A DNA stretch of 60,684 nucleotides from NCBI GenBank assembly GCA_016208905.1, contig JACQXG010000016.1:1-60684 (forward strand). The letters run 5' to 3'. This DNA is from Nitrospirota bacterium (GTDB lineage Bacteria > Nitrospirota > Thermodesulfovibrionia > UBA6902). The notes under the pieces are model-generated. The model was not told the DNA's origin. It saw nothing but the letters and a program-made list of their open reading frames with translations, and searched no databases. The position numbers were made by a program, and so were the translations under genes. Shown here in pieces: positions 36,411 to 45,673 of this stretch. How positions within the stretch are numbered: position 1 is the first letter of the stretch; every line of letters begins with the position of its first letter.

Positions 36411-37149
36411 TGACATAATTACAAATAACAGTAATGTATCTCTTTACCATATGCCTTCTTTAGAAGATGAAAGGTCCCCTAAAAGTAATGATGAAATAAT
36501 ACAGAGCATCGAAGAAATCCAGAGAAAAGCGTATGAAGAAGGTTTTGCGTCAGGTGAAAAGGCCGGCTTTAAAGACGGAGAGCAAAAGGCAGCCATTCTG
36601 ATAGAACGGCTCGAAAACATTATAGAAGAGGTAGCGGTTTTTAAGGAAAACCTTGTTAAAGAGCTTGAAGCCCAGGTCGTTAATCTTGCAATTGCCATGG
36701 CGCGGAAAATAATAATCGAAGAAATCAGCATGAGACCTGAAGTCATCGTTACAGTAGTCAGGGAGGCCCTGAAGAAATTACGGCGGACGGGCGCTATCAC
36801 GATAAAAATTAACCCGTCCCTTTACGATCTGTTTATGAAAAAGAAACCGGAGTTGATTGATATCCATGAAGATATCCTCTTTGATGTCACCTCGAATGTG
36901 TCGCTTACAGGTCCTCTTGTCATCAGCCAGACGGAAGAAGTTGTAACTGATATTGATGCCCTGATTGCCAACATTATTGAAGATATAAATATTGTGAAGG
37001 CACAGAGCATAGAAAAAAGAACACAGAGGACAGACCACAGAGGACAGACCACAGAGGACAGACCACAGAGGACTAATTACGTACTGCAGGTCATAGAACA
37101 AAATCCGGGCGCTATAGTACAGACTGAAGATGAAGGGCAGGTATCATGA
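36376..37149 (+). CDS. fliH: flagellar assembly protein FliH (likely real start is the TTG at 36403 after GGAGG)
   Basis: Position between fliG and fliI. Coiled-coil region followed by a FliH C-domain (GAITIKINPS...VISQTEEVVTDIDA). The stop overlaps the fliI ATG. Confidence 0.75.
   Translation: MPAGAGRKWLDNDIITNNSNVSLYHMPSLEDERSPKSNDEIIQSIEEIQRKAYEEGFASGEKAGFKDGEQKAAILIERLENIIEEVAVFKENLVKELEAQVVNLAIAMARKIIIEEISMRPEVIVTVVREALKKLRRTGAITIKINPSLYDLFMKKKPELIDIHEDILFDVTSNVSLTGPLVISQTEEVVTDIDALIANIIEDINIVKAQSIEKRTQRTDHRGQTTEDRPQRTNYVLQVIEQNPGAIVQTEDEGQVS
37021..37076 (+). repeat. heptanucleotide tandem tract (NNACAGA x7-8; equivalently a 14-mer ACAGACCACAGAGG x3) inside the fliH 3' end
   Basis: ACACAGA GGACAGA CCACAGA GGACAGA CCACAGA GGACAGA CCACAGA GGACTAA. 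It encodes RTQRTDHRGQTTEDRPQRT. Confidence 0.9.
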
Positions 37150-38477
37150 TCAATATCGATCTCAGCCCCTATGTCGAAGCTGTTAATGCTTCGGACCATT
37201 TAAGAGTCTACGGACGTATTGTTGAGATCACAGGGCTTACTATTAAGGCAACCGGTCTGGACGTCAGTATTGGTGAGGCATGTAAGATTTATTCCGATAA
37301 CGCCCCTCCTATAGATGCGGAGGTAGTGGGTTTTAAAGAGGGGAAGGTCATTCTGATGGCAACAGGAGAGGTATCGGGAATAAGACATGGAAGCAGGGTA
37401 TTGCCGCTGGGGAAAAATATTATTGTAAAGGTCAGTAATGAACTTATAGGAAGGGTCATCGATGCGGCAGGCAATCCCATTGACGGGAAAGGCCCGATAG
37501 ACGGAGCGGATTATTCCCTCTTTGCATTGTCACCGAATCCTCTTATGAGGCAGAGGATTAGAGAACCTCTGGATATTGGCATAAGGGCAATAAACGGTTT
37601 ACTGACTTGTGGGAAAGGACAAAGGGTCGGCATTATGGCAGGCTCCGGTGTCGGTAAAAGTGTTTTGCTGGGCATGATCGCAAAGTACTCAGAAGCGGAA
37701 GTTAATGTAATAGCGCTGATTGGTGAGCGGAGTCGTGAAGTAAGAGAGTTTGTTGAAAAAAACCTTGGCGAAGAAGGCCTGAAGAAATCCATTGTTGTTG
37801 TATCAACATCCGAACAGGCGCCATTGGCAAAGGTTAGGGGGGCCTTTACGGCTACTGCGATAGCAGAGTATTTCAGGGGACGCGGAAAAAATGTCCTGCT
37901 CCTGATGGATTCACTTACCAGGGTCGCAATGGCGCAAAGGGAAATTGGTCTTGCCGTCGGAGAGCCGCCCACTACAAGAGGCTATACCCCCTCGGTTTTC
38001 GCCCTGCTGCCGAAACTTCTTGAGAGGGTCGGAACAGCGGAAAATGACGGCAGCATAACAGGGCTTTACACGGTCCTTGTTGAAGGCGATGATATGCTGG
38101 AACCCGTTGCCGACATGTCAAGGTCGGTGCTGGACGGACATATTGTGCTTTCGAGAGACCTTGCAATGGACAATCATTATCCTTCTATCGATGTACTGCA
38201 GTCCATCAGCAGGGTCATGCCTCATGTAATTGATAAGAGACATAAAGAGTATGCAGGAAAGTTTATAGAGGTGTTTTCCACATATAAAAAATTTGAGGAC
38301 ATGATTAATCTCGGGGCATATAAACAGGGATCGAATTTCAAGGTCGATTATTCAATAAAAATAATTGAGCGCTTAAAAAACTATCTGAGACAGGACATGA
38401 ATGAGCTGATAGATTATACGGACAGTATGCAGGGGCTTTATTCAATATTCGATGAAATGGAGAAAGAGAATGCATAA
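37146..38477 (+). CDS. fliI: flagellum-specific ATP synthase FliI
   Basis: Walker A GSGVGKS, Walker B VLLLMDSLTR, and F1/T3SS ATPase-like sequence throughout. Confidence 0.95.
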   Translation: MINIDLSPYVEAVNASDHLRVYGRIVEITGLTIKATGLDVSIGEACKIYSDNAPPIDAEVVGFKEGKVILMATGEVSGIRHGSRVLPLGKNIIVKVSNELIGRVIDAAGNPIDGKGPIDGADYSLFALSPNPLMRQRIREPLDIGIRAINGLLTCGKGQRVGIMAGSGVGKSVLLGMIAKYSEAEVNVIALIGERSREVREFVEKNLGEEGLKKSIVVVSTSEQAPLAKVRGAFTATAIAEYFRGRGKNVLLLMDSLTRVAMAQREIGLAVGEPPTTRGYTPSVFALLPKLLERVGTAENDGSITGLYTVLVEGDDMLEPVADMSRSVLDGHIVLSRDLAMDNHYPSIDVLQSISRVMPHVIDKRHKEYAGKFIEVFSTYKKFEDMINLGAYKQGSNFKVDYSIKIIERLKNYLRQDMNELIDYTDSMQGLYSIFDEMEKENA

Positions 38478-38907
38478 AAACAGGACAATATCGAAGATCC
38501 TGAAATTAAAAAGCAGAAAGAAAATGGAACTGGAACTTGAAGTAAAAAAGGCGTCCGACAGGGTTGATGAGGAGAGCTCCAAGCTTCACGGCCTTGAAAA
38601 GGACTACAAGGAAACACTTGAGGTCTTTGCTGATAAAAGCTCTGAAGGCGCTATGAATGCGAGTAATATCAATTCATATTACGATTTTTTTTCACGCATT
38701 AATGGAAAAATAAATGATCAGAAAATAATTCATGATCAGCGTAAAAGCGAGTTGAAATCTGTAAAAAATAACCTTGTCGAGGCGCATAAGGACAAGAAGG
38801 CATTTGAAATATTAAATGATAAGGCGGTCAAAAAGGACATCAGGGAAAAACTGTCATTGGAACAGAAAGAAGCGGATTTTTTCGCAATAACAAGGAGATC
38901 AAAATGA
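38470..38907 (+). CDS. fliJ: flagellar export chaperone FliJ (the ORF track starts at 38452; the ATG at 38470 has a GGAGAAAGAG SD)
   Basis: ~145-aa coiled-coil protein directly after fliI. Called on position and composition only. Confidence 0.65.
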   Translation: MHKNRTISKILKLKSRKKMELELEVKKASDRVDEESSKLHGLEKDYKETLEVFADKSSEGAMNASNINSYYDFFSRINGKINDQKIIHDQRKSELKSVKNNLVEAHKDKKAFEILNDKAVKKDIREKLSLEQKEADFFAITRRSK

Positions 38908-39350
38908 AAAGAGCGGGTCTAATTATATTGGCGGTCATATTTCTGGTCATTAATGCATACGCAGAGGAGGATGTTGCAAGCGTTATCGAAAAACAGCGTA
39001 TTGAACTTAGCAAAAAAGAAGAAATAGTAAAGAAGGAAACAGAAAGGCTTATGACATTAAAAAAAGATGTTGAAGATGACATTGCAAAATATACGCTGCT
39101 TCTTGAACAGATTGATAAATCCCTCAAACAGGCGGAAGAAATCGGCAACAAAAGATTGAAGCATGTATCAAAGGCATATGAGGCAATGCAGCCTGAAGAT
39201 GCCGCTTCAAGGCTTTCAGGTCTTGATAATGAGACAGCGGTCCAGATACTGCTGAAGATGGAAAGCAAAAAAGCCGGCCTTGTAATTGGAATGATGGAAG
39301 CCAGAAAGGCCACGACATTGACGAAAGAGATTGCAAAACTGAAGATGTAA
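38904..39350 (+). CDS. YlxF-like flagellar operon protein with MgtE-N-like segment
   Basis: Signal/anchor helix followed by a coiled coil and MQPEDAASRLSGLDNETAVQILLKMESKKAGLVIGMME. It occupies the same position as ylxF in Bacillus fla/che. Confidence 0.55.
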   Translation: MKRAGLIILAVIFLVINAYAEEDVASVIEKQRIELSKKEEIVKKETERLMTLKKDVEDDIAKYTLLLEQIDKSLKQAEEIGNKRLKHVSKAYEAMQPEDAASRLSGLDNETAVQILLKMESKKAGLVIGMMEARKATTLTKEIAKLKM

Positions 39351-39374
39351 AAACCCCCCCCCTCTTTACGCTGA

Positions 39375-39402
39375 CCCTTCCTGTAAATGGAAGGGTTTTT
39401 TT
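39375..39402 (+). terminator. intrinsic terminator-like hairpin plus T7 run
   Basis: CCCTTCC-TGTAAAT-GGAAGGG followed by TTTTTTT, 25 nt after the ylxF-like stop. Confidence 0.6.
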
Positions 39403-41494
39403 GTTTGCCCGGCGGAGCGGGCAAACCCAGTCCCGCAAGGCGGGACGTCGCCCCGATCAGGGGGAAGACAATCCGAATCGCAAGGGCGTTGCCGGCAACA
39501 GCAGGGTCTGAAGGAAGCGATAGGAAGAGAGCGGCACACAGCGCAAGCGAACCTGATACGGTGGCACGGGAGGGCAAGCGTGCAAAAAGGCGTGACGCCC
39601 AGTACCTGATCAAACCCGTGACATGATTGAGGGTGGAGCTGCTCACAGGGAGCCCGCAGTAACCGGGGAAGCCTTACATAGTTCCAACCGGGATTAACCG
39701 GGAAGGATAGGGAGGCCCAAGAGGAGACTCAAGGCTGAGCGAAGCGGTGTAAGGTGGCAGAAGACTCCGTAGTAGTGAAGAAGACCCGGCCTGAGAAAGC
39801 TGGTAACAGACTGGAGGAGAAAACCGGGATGACCCGCAGCGTAGTCTGTGGGGTCTGATGCAAGCCAAAAGCTGTATCAGAATGCGAAGGGAGGAAGTTT
39901 ATTTGAAGGTTTCCGGAAGCTGACCGTGATGTAGTGTTGAACACAAGCCGCCAGACGTGGCGGGAGACCTTATTGGCGGTAATGTTGTTAAAGGCGCTCT
40001 GCTGAAAAGGGTTGTTCGCCGGAGTAACCTGATGCACCGGTTGTAAATTGCCCGAAAGGGATAGAAGGCGACTGAATCAGGAGAAGGACCGAAAGCATGG
40101 CATGCTGGTCAAGTGGAAGGAGACGCAGGAGGGAGCATGACAAGGGTATATTACAGTCTCTATGACAGGATGATATCAGAAGAGAGGCTGCACAAAGCAT
40201 TTCTTAAGGTAAAGACAGCCAAAGGAGCTGCCGGAGTGGACGGGCAGACAATAGAGGACTTTGCCTGTGATTTGCAGAAGAACCTTGAGATGCTTCTAAA
40301 AGAACTGAGGGGAAAGAGCTACAGGCCGCAGCCGGTAAAAAGGGTGGAAATACCCAAAGCCGGAGGTGGAAAGAGGAAGCTCGGAATTCCATCGGTACGA
40401 GACCGGGTAGTACAGCAGGCTTTGTTGGAAATCTTGCAGCCGATATATGACCCTGAGTTTCACCCGTCAAGTTATGGATATCGACCGGGCAGGAGCTGTC
40501 ATCAGGCCATAGCCAAGGCAACGATGTTTATCCGTAACTATGAGAGGCAATGGGTAGTGGACATGGATTTGACGAAGTGTTTCGACACGTTGGATCATGA
40601 CATTATCATAGAGGCCTTTCGTAAACGTGTAACAGACGGGAGCATATTGAAACTGCTGAGGATGTTTTTGCAAAGCGGAGTGATGACAGAAGAGGGATGG
40701 CAGGCGAGTACAGAGGGCAGTCCACAGGGAGGAGTAATCAGCCCTTTGGTTGCGAATGTCTACCTTGATGCATTCGACCAGTATATGAAAAGTCGGAAGC
40801 AACGAATTGTCAGGTATGCTGATGATACACTGATCTTCACCCGGTCAAAGAGTGCGGCGGAGAACGCCCTGAAACAGGCAACACGCTATCTGGAGGGGAA
40901 ATTAAAGCTCACCGTAAATCAGCAGAAGACCCACATCGTGCACAGCAGTGAAGGAGTGAAGTTTTTGGGGGTAGTAATCCGCACAGGCTTCACCGGGATA
41001 CAGGACAAGAAGATACGGGCGTTCAAGGAAAAGGTGAAGAAAATAACCCGGAGGAATTCTCCGGTCAATCTGGGGAAGGTCATAGCTGATCTGAACCCGC
41101 TTGTCCGGGGATTTGCAAATTACTTCAGAATAGCAAACTGCAAAGAGGTATTTAAGGAACTGTCGGGATGGGTCAGAAGACGGCTTAGAGCCAAGCAACT
41201 GGCGTTATGGAAAAAGCCGACGAGGCTTCACCGGAGGCTGAGGCAGCTTGGTTACAGAGGCGAATTCAAGGCAATAAAAATGAATTCGTGGAGAAATGCC
41301 GCAAGTCCTCTGGCCAGCTTTGCGATACCTAACAAATACCTCAGGGAACTCGGACTCTTTGATCTCTGTTCAGTACATACCGGGATTCCTGTCTCGGTTT
41401 AGGAGGGACGAATAAACAGGAGCCGTATACGAGACCCGTACGTACGGTTCTGTGAGAGGGCTAAGGTGAGTTTGATCTGCTCACCTTACCCTAC
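39403..41494 (+). mobile_element. group II intron (RNA domains plus intron-encoded RT/maturase); boundaries approximate
   Basis: A GC-rich block in an AT-rich context begins right after the T-run. The RT ORF lies in domain IV. Domain V-like GAGCCGUAUACGAGACCCGUACGUACGGUUC is at 41420-41450, followed by a domain VI-like hairpin ending ...CCCUAC at 41494. Confidence 0.85.
40137..41402 (+). CDS. group II intron reverse transcriptase/maturase (no endonuclease domain seen)
   Basis: RT motifs (KAGGGKRKLGIPSVRDRVVQQA, YADD as RYADDTLIF) and a maturase X region (LNPLVRGFANYFRIAN). AGGAGGGAGC SD before the ATG at 40137; the track starts at a GTG at 40113. Confidence 0.9.
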   Translation: MTRVYYSLYDRMISEERLHKAFLKVKTAKGAAGVDGQTIEDFACDLQKNLEMLLKELRGKSYRPQPVKRVEIPKAGGGKRKLGIPSVRDRVVQQALLEILQPIYDPEFHPSSYGYRPGRSCHQAIAKATMFIRNYERQWVVDMDLTKCFDTLDHDIIIEAFRKRVTDGSILKLLRMFLQSGVMTEEGWQASTEGSPQGGVISPLVANVYLDAFDQYMKSRKQRIVRYADDTLIFTRSKSAAENALKQATRYLEGKLKLTVNQQKTHIVHSSEGVKFLGVVIRTGFTGIQDKKIRAFKEKVKKITRRNSPVNLGKVIADLNPLVRGFANYFRIANCKEVFKELSGWVRRRLRAKQLALWKKPTRLHRRLRQLGYRGEFKAIKMNSWRNAASPLASFAIPNKYLRELGLFDLCSVHTGIPVSV

Positions 41495-41737
41495 TCGATT
41501 ATGGAAAAGAAGAGAACATTATGCGTTATCGCTGCATGGAAAAACTTTCCCATATCAGAAACATTTTCTATATTATTATCCCGGGCCTCAACTATGAACG
41601 GTTGCCGGTTATCGGCATGCAGCTTTAATTACATTGATAATAAGCCCTTTACTGCTGGTGATGGACACCGGCCGGATCCGGAAAGTTTCTGGCATGCCTC
41701 TTGCTCATTGTCCGGCGTGGACATATTAATTAACAGC

Positions 41738-43204
41738 ATGCCGGAAATGAAAATAACCCCCCGGTCTGATTATTATTCACACTACAAACCTTCTGCTGCA
41801 AAACCAAAATTTGATTCTATAGTCAGGGACGAGCATTTGAAGGCTGCCGGTAATAAATCACGTAAAGAAGATATTCATTATGAAAGCAGGATGAAACAGG
41901 ACGATAGATTGAAAGCGGATGACTCTGCATGCAGTCAATGTTCAGCAGATGTTGAGAATAGAATGAAAGAAATCCGGCAGGATCAAGACCGTCAGAGAAT
42001 TGAAGATGCAGAAACGCAGAGCAGGGACACCAAAGATGCAGAGACTGTAACTGAGTCCGACAATGGTTTGAAGGTTGGGGCATTGTTGAAGGAACTGATA
42101 AACAAGTATGCTGCAGGCGAAGCTGTAACTGAGTCCGGCAATGGTTTGAAGATCGGGGCATTGCTGAATGAACTGATAAACAAGTATGCTGCGGGCGAAG
42201 CGGGGACTGGAACTGATTCTGAAAATGGTTTGAAAATCGGGGCATTGTTGAATGAACTGATAAACAAGTATGCTGCAGGGACTGAAGGTGGGCCTGAACT
42301 CAATGAATTAATAAATATTGAATCAGCCGGAGAAGGGAAGAATCCGAACTCTAAAGACGGCTTAAAGATTGGTCATCTGCTGAATAAGCTGTTTAACCTG
42401 TCAGGTTCAAGTGATCAGGTAAAAGAAGATGTAAGTGCTTTATCGGCTGATCAGGCGATTAAAGTTAAAGCGGAGTCAAACGTTTCTAAAGCTGATACTC
42501 CGCTATTAAAAAAGGAAATGATTGCTCAGGCTGAATTAATAAATGAAGCATTAAGGCAGATGAATAATGTTCAAAGTAATAAAGCTGGTGATCTGAATGT
42601 ACAGGAAAAGAATATCGTCGCTGAAGGACTGAACAATAAACTGATGTCCGGATTATCAGATCAGTTTAATAATGGACACAGTCCGAGAAATGACTCATTT
42701 AATCTTGCAAAGTCTTTATATAATTCAGGGCATGATTCTGCTGCCAATAATATAAATCTTCTTAACAATACAAATACCTCAAGCGATGCAGCAGGATCTA
42801 TCAAACATACCTTATCTGTTAATGCCGCAAAAACACCGGCGTTCAGGGAATTACTGGATAATGTTGTTTATGTGATAAAGGACAATAATAAGATGGGTGT
42901 TACTGTTGAGCATGATAATTTCGGCAAGTTAAATATCAATCTCAGCATGGACAAAGGCATGGTCAATGTTCACATTAATACATCAGACAATGTGGTCAGG
43001 GAGTTCCTTGAAAATAATATACAGCATATTATAGACAGTCTTAATAAGGACGGAGTCAGCGTCGGAGAGTTTTCTATAGCATTAAAGGACAGGAGAGAGA
43101 ACGAGGGGGATGATTTCTCTTTTAACAACGGACAGGTCAATGAACATTTACATGAAACACAAAAAGATCTCCCTGGCAGCGGTCTTGTAAATATTTTTGC
43201 ATGA
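41738..43204 (+). CDS. fliK: flagellar hook-length control protein FliK (the open frame extends upstream to 41501)
   Basis: C-terminal Flg_hook-like domain (GVTVEHDNFGKLNINLSMDKGMVNVHINTSDNVVREFLENNIQHIIDSLNKDGVSVGEF). Polar, repeat-rich middle region. Position before flgD. Confidence 0.7.
   Translation: MPEMKITPRSDYYSHYKPSAAKPKFDSIVRDEHLKAAGNKSRKEDIHYESRMKQDDRLKADDSACSQCSADVENRMKEIRQDQDRQRIEDAETQSRDTKDAETVTESDNGLKVGALLKELINKYAAGEAVTESGNGLKIGALLNELINKYAAGEAGTGTDSENGLKIGALLNELINKYAAGTEGGPELNELINIESAGEGKNPNSKDGLKIGHLLNKLFNLSGSSDQVKEDVSALSADQAIKVKAESNVSKADTPLLKKEMIAQAELINEALRQMNNVQSNKAGDLNVQEKNIVAEGLNNKLMSGLSDQFNNGHSPRNDSFNLAKSLYNSGHDSAANNINLLNNTNTSSDAAGSIKHTLSVNAAKTPAFRELLDNVVYVIKDNNKMGVTVEHDNFGKLNINLSMDKGMVNVHINTSDNVVREFLENNIQHIIDSLNKDGVSVGEFSIALKDRRENEGDDFSFNNGQVNEHLHETQKDLPGSGLVNIFA
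42044..42290 (+). repeat. three tandem 78-84-bp repeats (26-28 aa) in fliK, plus a degenerate fourth to ~42400
   Basis: TESDNGLKVGALLKELINKYAAGE, then TESGNGLKIGALLNELINKYAAGE, then DSENGLKIGALLNELINKYAAG, then a degenerate KDGLKIGHLLNKLFN. Confidence 0.9.
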
Positions 43205-43233
43205 TATTTGATTTTAAATAGGAAGGAGGACAT

Positions 43234-43890
43234 ATGGATATTTCTACAATAGCAAGCATCGGCAGTGCAACCCCTTATTCCGATGGAGCCAAAGGAGGCA
43301 ACGCTCTTGGAAAGCAGGATTTTCTGAACCTGCTCCTTATGCAGTTGAGTCAGCAGGACCCGCTGAATCCCATGGACAACACAGAGTTTACCGCCCAGCT
43401 TTCTCAATTCAGCTCACTGGAAGAACTGGCTAATATCAACAGTACCTTAAATGATGTGCTCGTTTTTCAGCAGTCGATGCAGAATGCGTCGATTGCTAAT
43501 CTTATAGGCAAGTCAGTAAAAGCAGACGGGAATACAGCTTATCTTACAAATAATGCTGATATGTATTATGAACTTTCAGATGATGCTTCATCAGTGGAAA
43601 TCACAATTTATGATAGTTCAGGGAAGCTTGTCAGGACAGATAACCTCACTGCAAAAAATGCCGGCGCTCAAAATTATGTTTGGGACGGGAAAGACGATAA
43701 CGGTAATCAGCTGTCTGAAGGCTTATATACTTTTGGAGTAGATGCCCAGGATGCTTCGGGCAATCCGGTCCATGCCCAGACCAGCGCTTCAGGGACTGTT
43801 AAAGAAGTGTTGTTCGAGAAAGGTTTTACATTCATAATACTGGACAGCGGCGCAAAAATTAACCTTAGTGATATTAAATCAATAGGATAA
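43234..43890 (+). CDS. flgD: flagellar hook assembly/capping protein FlgD
   Basis: LGKQDFLNLLLMQLSQQDPLNPMDNTEFTAQLSQFSSLE is the canonical FlgD N-domain. An Ig-like (FlgD_ig) C-terminal domain follows. Confidence 0.9.
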   Translation: MDISTIASIGSATPYSDGAKGGNALGKQDFLNLLLMQLSQQDPLNPMDNTEFTAQLSQFSSLEELANINSTLNDVLVFQQSMQNASIANLIGKSVKADGNTAYLTNNADMYYELSDDASSVEITIYDSSGKLVRTDNLTAKNAGAQNYVWDGKDDNGNQLSEGLYTFGVDAQDASGNPVHAQTSASGTVKEVLFEKGFTFIILDSGAKINLSDIKSIG

Positions 43891-43903
43891 AGGAGGATTT
43901 AAC

Positions 43904-45172
43904 ATGGCCCTAACATCATTATTTACAGCAGTCAGCGGAATGAACGCTAATGGTACGGCGCTCTCGGTAATCGGTGATAATATCGCAAATATGAACACAA
44001 TAGGATTCAAGTCCAGCAGGGCGGCTTTTGGAGACATTCTTAGTCAGCAGCTCGGAGAATCACAGGTTGGCCGAGGAGTATTACTGAGCGATGTTAAGCC
44101 GCAATTTACACAGGGCACATTTGAGAATACCGCAAGTGTGCTCGATTTGGCTGTTGACGGAGATGGCCTGTTCATATTAAACGATTCGTCAGGGACTTAT
44201 TACTCAAGGGCCGGGCAGTTCAGCGTTGATAAAAACGGTTATGTGGTAAATTCCGGCGGAATTAATCTGCAGGGCTACTCATTAGACGCATTAGGAAATA
44301 CAAGCGGTCTTGGGGACATCAACGTATCTTCAGTCAATAGTCAGCCTAATGATACCGGCACTGTGACAACATCAGCGAATCTTGACTCAACGGCATCTGC
44401 TATTGCCGGAGGATTTCTCATAACAGATCCCAGCGGCACTTCCAATTTTTCAAGCTCAATCACCGTCTATGACTCTCTTGGAAGCGGACATGTTCTCAAT
44501 GTCTACTTTACGAAAACTGCCGCGAATACCTGGACCTGGAATGCAGTCGTCAATGCCGCTGATTCATTTAGCGGTTCAACGGAAGTACAGGCAAACGGTA
44601 CATTAAACTTTAATTCAAACGGCGCTCTAACCTCTGAAAGCGCTATAACATATCCATTAGGCGGATTTGATTTTACAGGCGGCTCTACCCAGAATCAGAC
44701 TATAGCCTTTGATTTCGGCACCTCAATAGCCGAAAGTGGCACCGGTCTGGACGGCACCACGCAGTATGCTGCTGCTTCTGCCACTTCATTCCAGAACCAG
44801 GATGGTTATTCCTCCGGCTCATTAAAGAGTATAACAATCTCTCAGGATGGAACGATGACAGGTATCTTTACTAATGGACAGACGAGAGGCATTGCCCAGA
44901 TAGCGCTTGCAAAATTTGTTGCTCCTACAGAACTTAATAAGCAGGGGAGAGGTCTCTATGCAGAATCTACCGATTCAGGACAGCCTATAATCAGCACGCC
45001 GGGAACATCAGGCACGGGTACGGTCCTTTCAAATACTCTTGAATTGAGCAATGTAGACCTTGCCGAGGAGTTTGTTAAGATGATCCTGGCCCAGAGAGGC
45101 TTCCAGGCGAATTCAAGGGTCATATCCACATCAGATGAGTTGATGCAGGAACTGGTGAATCTGAAACGGTAA
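43904..45172 (+). CDS. flgE: flagellar hook protein FlgE
   Basis: N-terminal LFTAVSGMNANGTALSVIGDNIANMNT and C-terminal LSNVDLAEEFVKMILAQRGFQANSRVI. Confidence 0.9.
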   Translation: MALTSLFTAVSGMNANGTALSVIGDNIANMNTIGFKSSRAAFGDILSQQLGESQVGRGVLLSDVKPQFTQGTFENTASVLDLAVDGDGLFILNDSSGTYYSRAGQFSVDKNGYVVNSGGINLQGYSLDALGNTSGLGDINVSSVNSQPNDTGTVTTSANLDSTASAIAGGFLITDPSGTSNFSSSITVYDSLGSGHVLNVYFTKTAANTWTWNAVVNAADSFSGSTEVQANGTLNFNSNGALTSESAITYPLGGFDFTGGSTQNQTIAFDFGTSIAESGTGLDGTTQYAAASATSFQNQDGYSSGSLKSITISQDGTMTGIFTNGQTRGIAQIALAKFVAPTELNKQGRGLYAESTDSGQPIISTPGTSGTGTVLSNTLELSNVDLAEEFVKMILAQRGFQANSRVISTSDELMQELVNLKR

Positions 45173-45221
45173 GACGCGGATCAGTGAAGATTTCTAACTG
45201 ATTATCACTGGTCATGAACAA

Positions 45222-45251
45222 AGCAGGGGCACGCTGCAGCGTGCCCCTGCT
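45222..45251. terminator. 13-bp GC-rich hairpin between convergent flgE and the two-CW gene (likely bidirectional terminator)
   Basis: AGCAGGGGCACGC-TGCA-GCGTGCCCCTGCT. A T-rich tail is present only on the minus-strand side. Confidence 0.5.
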
Positions 45252-45277
45252 AATTATCGGATTGAGAATTGGATATG

Positions 45278-45589
45278 TTATCTGGCGTTAGCGTGATAAA
45301 CCTGTCCTGGTTTTAACAAGACGAAGTTCTCTGAACCTTCTTCAGCTTTGATCTGTTTGAATACTTCACAAGACATGCAGGATACGGATTTTTGTGCAAA
45401 GTCTCCCTGTACTTTACCACCGCAGAATGTACCGGCTATGGCCCAGCATATACGGCCGGCATTTTTCCCGCTGTTAATTCCGGTACACGACGCATCTCTG
45501 GCTGCCGGACAGATTCCGAGTTCACCATTCTTGTTTCCCCCGGGCTCTCTGCCACACCTTTTTATTTCCCAGCAATTTAATCTTGGCAT
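45278..45589 (-). CDS. small cysteine-rich protein with duplicated CW motif (two-CW-domain-like)
   Basis: 103 aa. NCWEIKRCG...ICPA...CTG...RICWAIAGTFCGG...CMSCEVF. AGGGGG SD. Confidence 0.6.
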   Translation of the reverse strand: MPRLNCWEIKRCGREPGGNKNGELGICPAARDASCTGINSGKNAGRICWAIAGTFCGGKVQGDFAQKSVSCMSCEVFKQIKAEEGSENFVLLKPGQVYHANAR

Positions 45590-45673
45590 TTTCTGACCCC
45601 CTTTTTTGTTTATGATTTAATCATTATCAATATCTCTTATCGAAAGTTCTCAATGAAATACTTTGTTGTATCT

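Noticed and set aside
39354-39362. C9 homopolymer as a phase-variation tract
   Set aside because: It lies after the stop codon of the ylxF-like gene and before the terminator hairpin, so length changes would not alter any reading frame. It is noted only as context for the intron insertion site.
38840-39646. 268-aa minus-strand ORF, plus other ORFs at 39124-40200 on both strands
   Set aside because: They lie in the GC-rich domain I region of the group II intron and in antisense of the ylxF-like gene. They have low-complexity Ser/Ala/Leu/Pro/Arg composition and no start context. Long open frames are expected by chance in GC-rich RNA-coding sequence.
40113-41402. The reverse transcriptase as a retron, DGR or defence-associated RT
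   Set aside because: The ORF carries a maturase X region. It is followed within 20-90 nt by clear domain V and domain VI structures and preceded by ~730 nt of structured GC-rich RNA. No msr/msd-like repeat, template/variable repeat pair or accessory effector gene is nearby.
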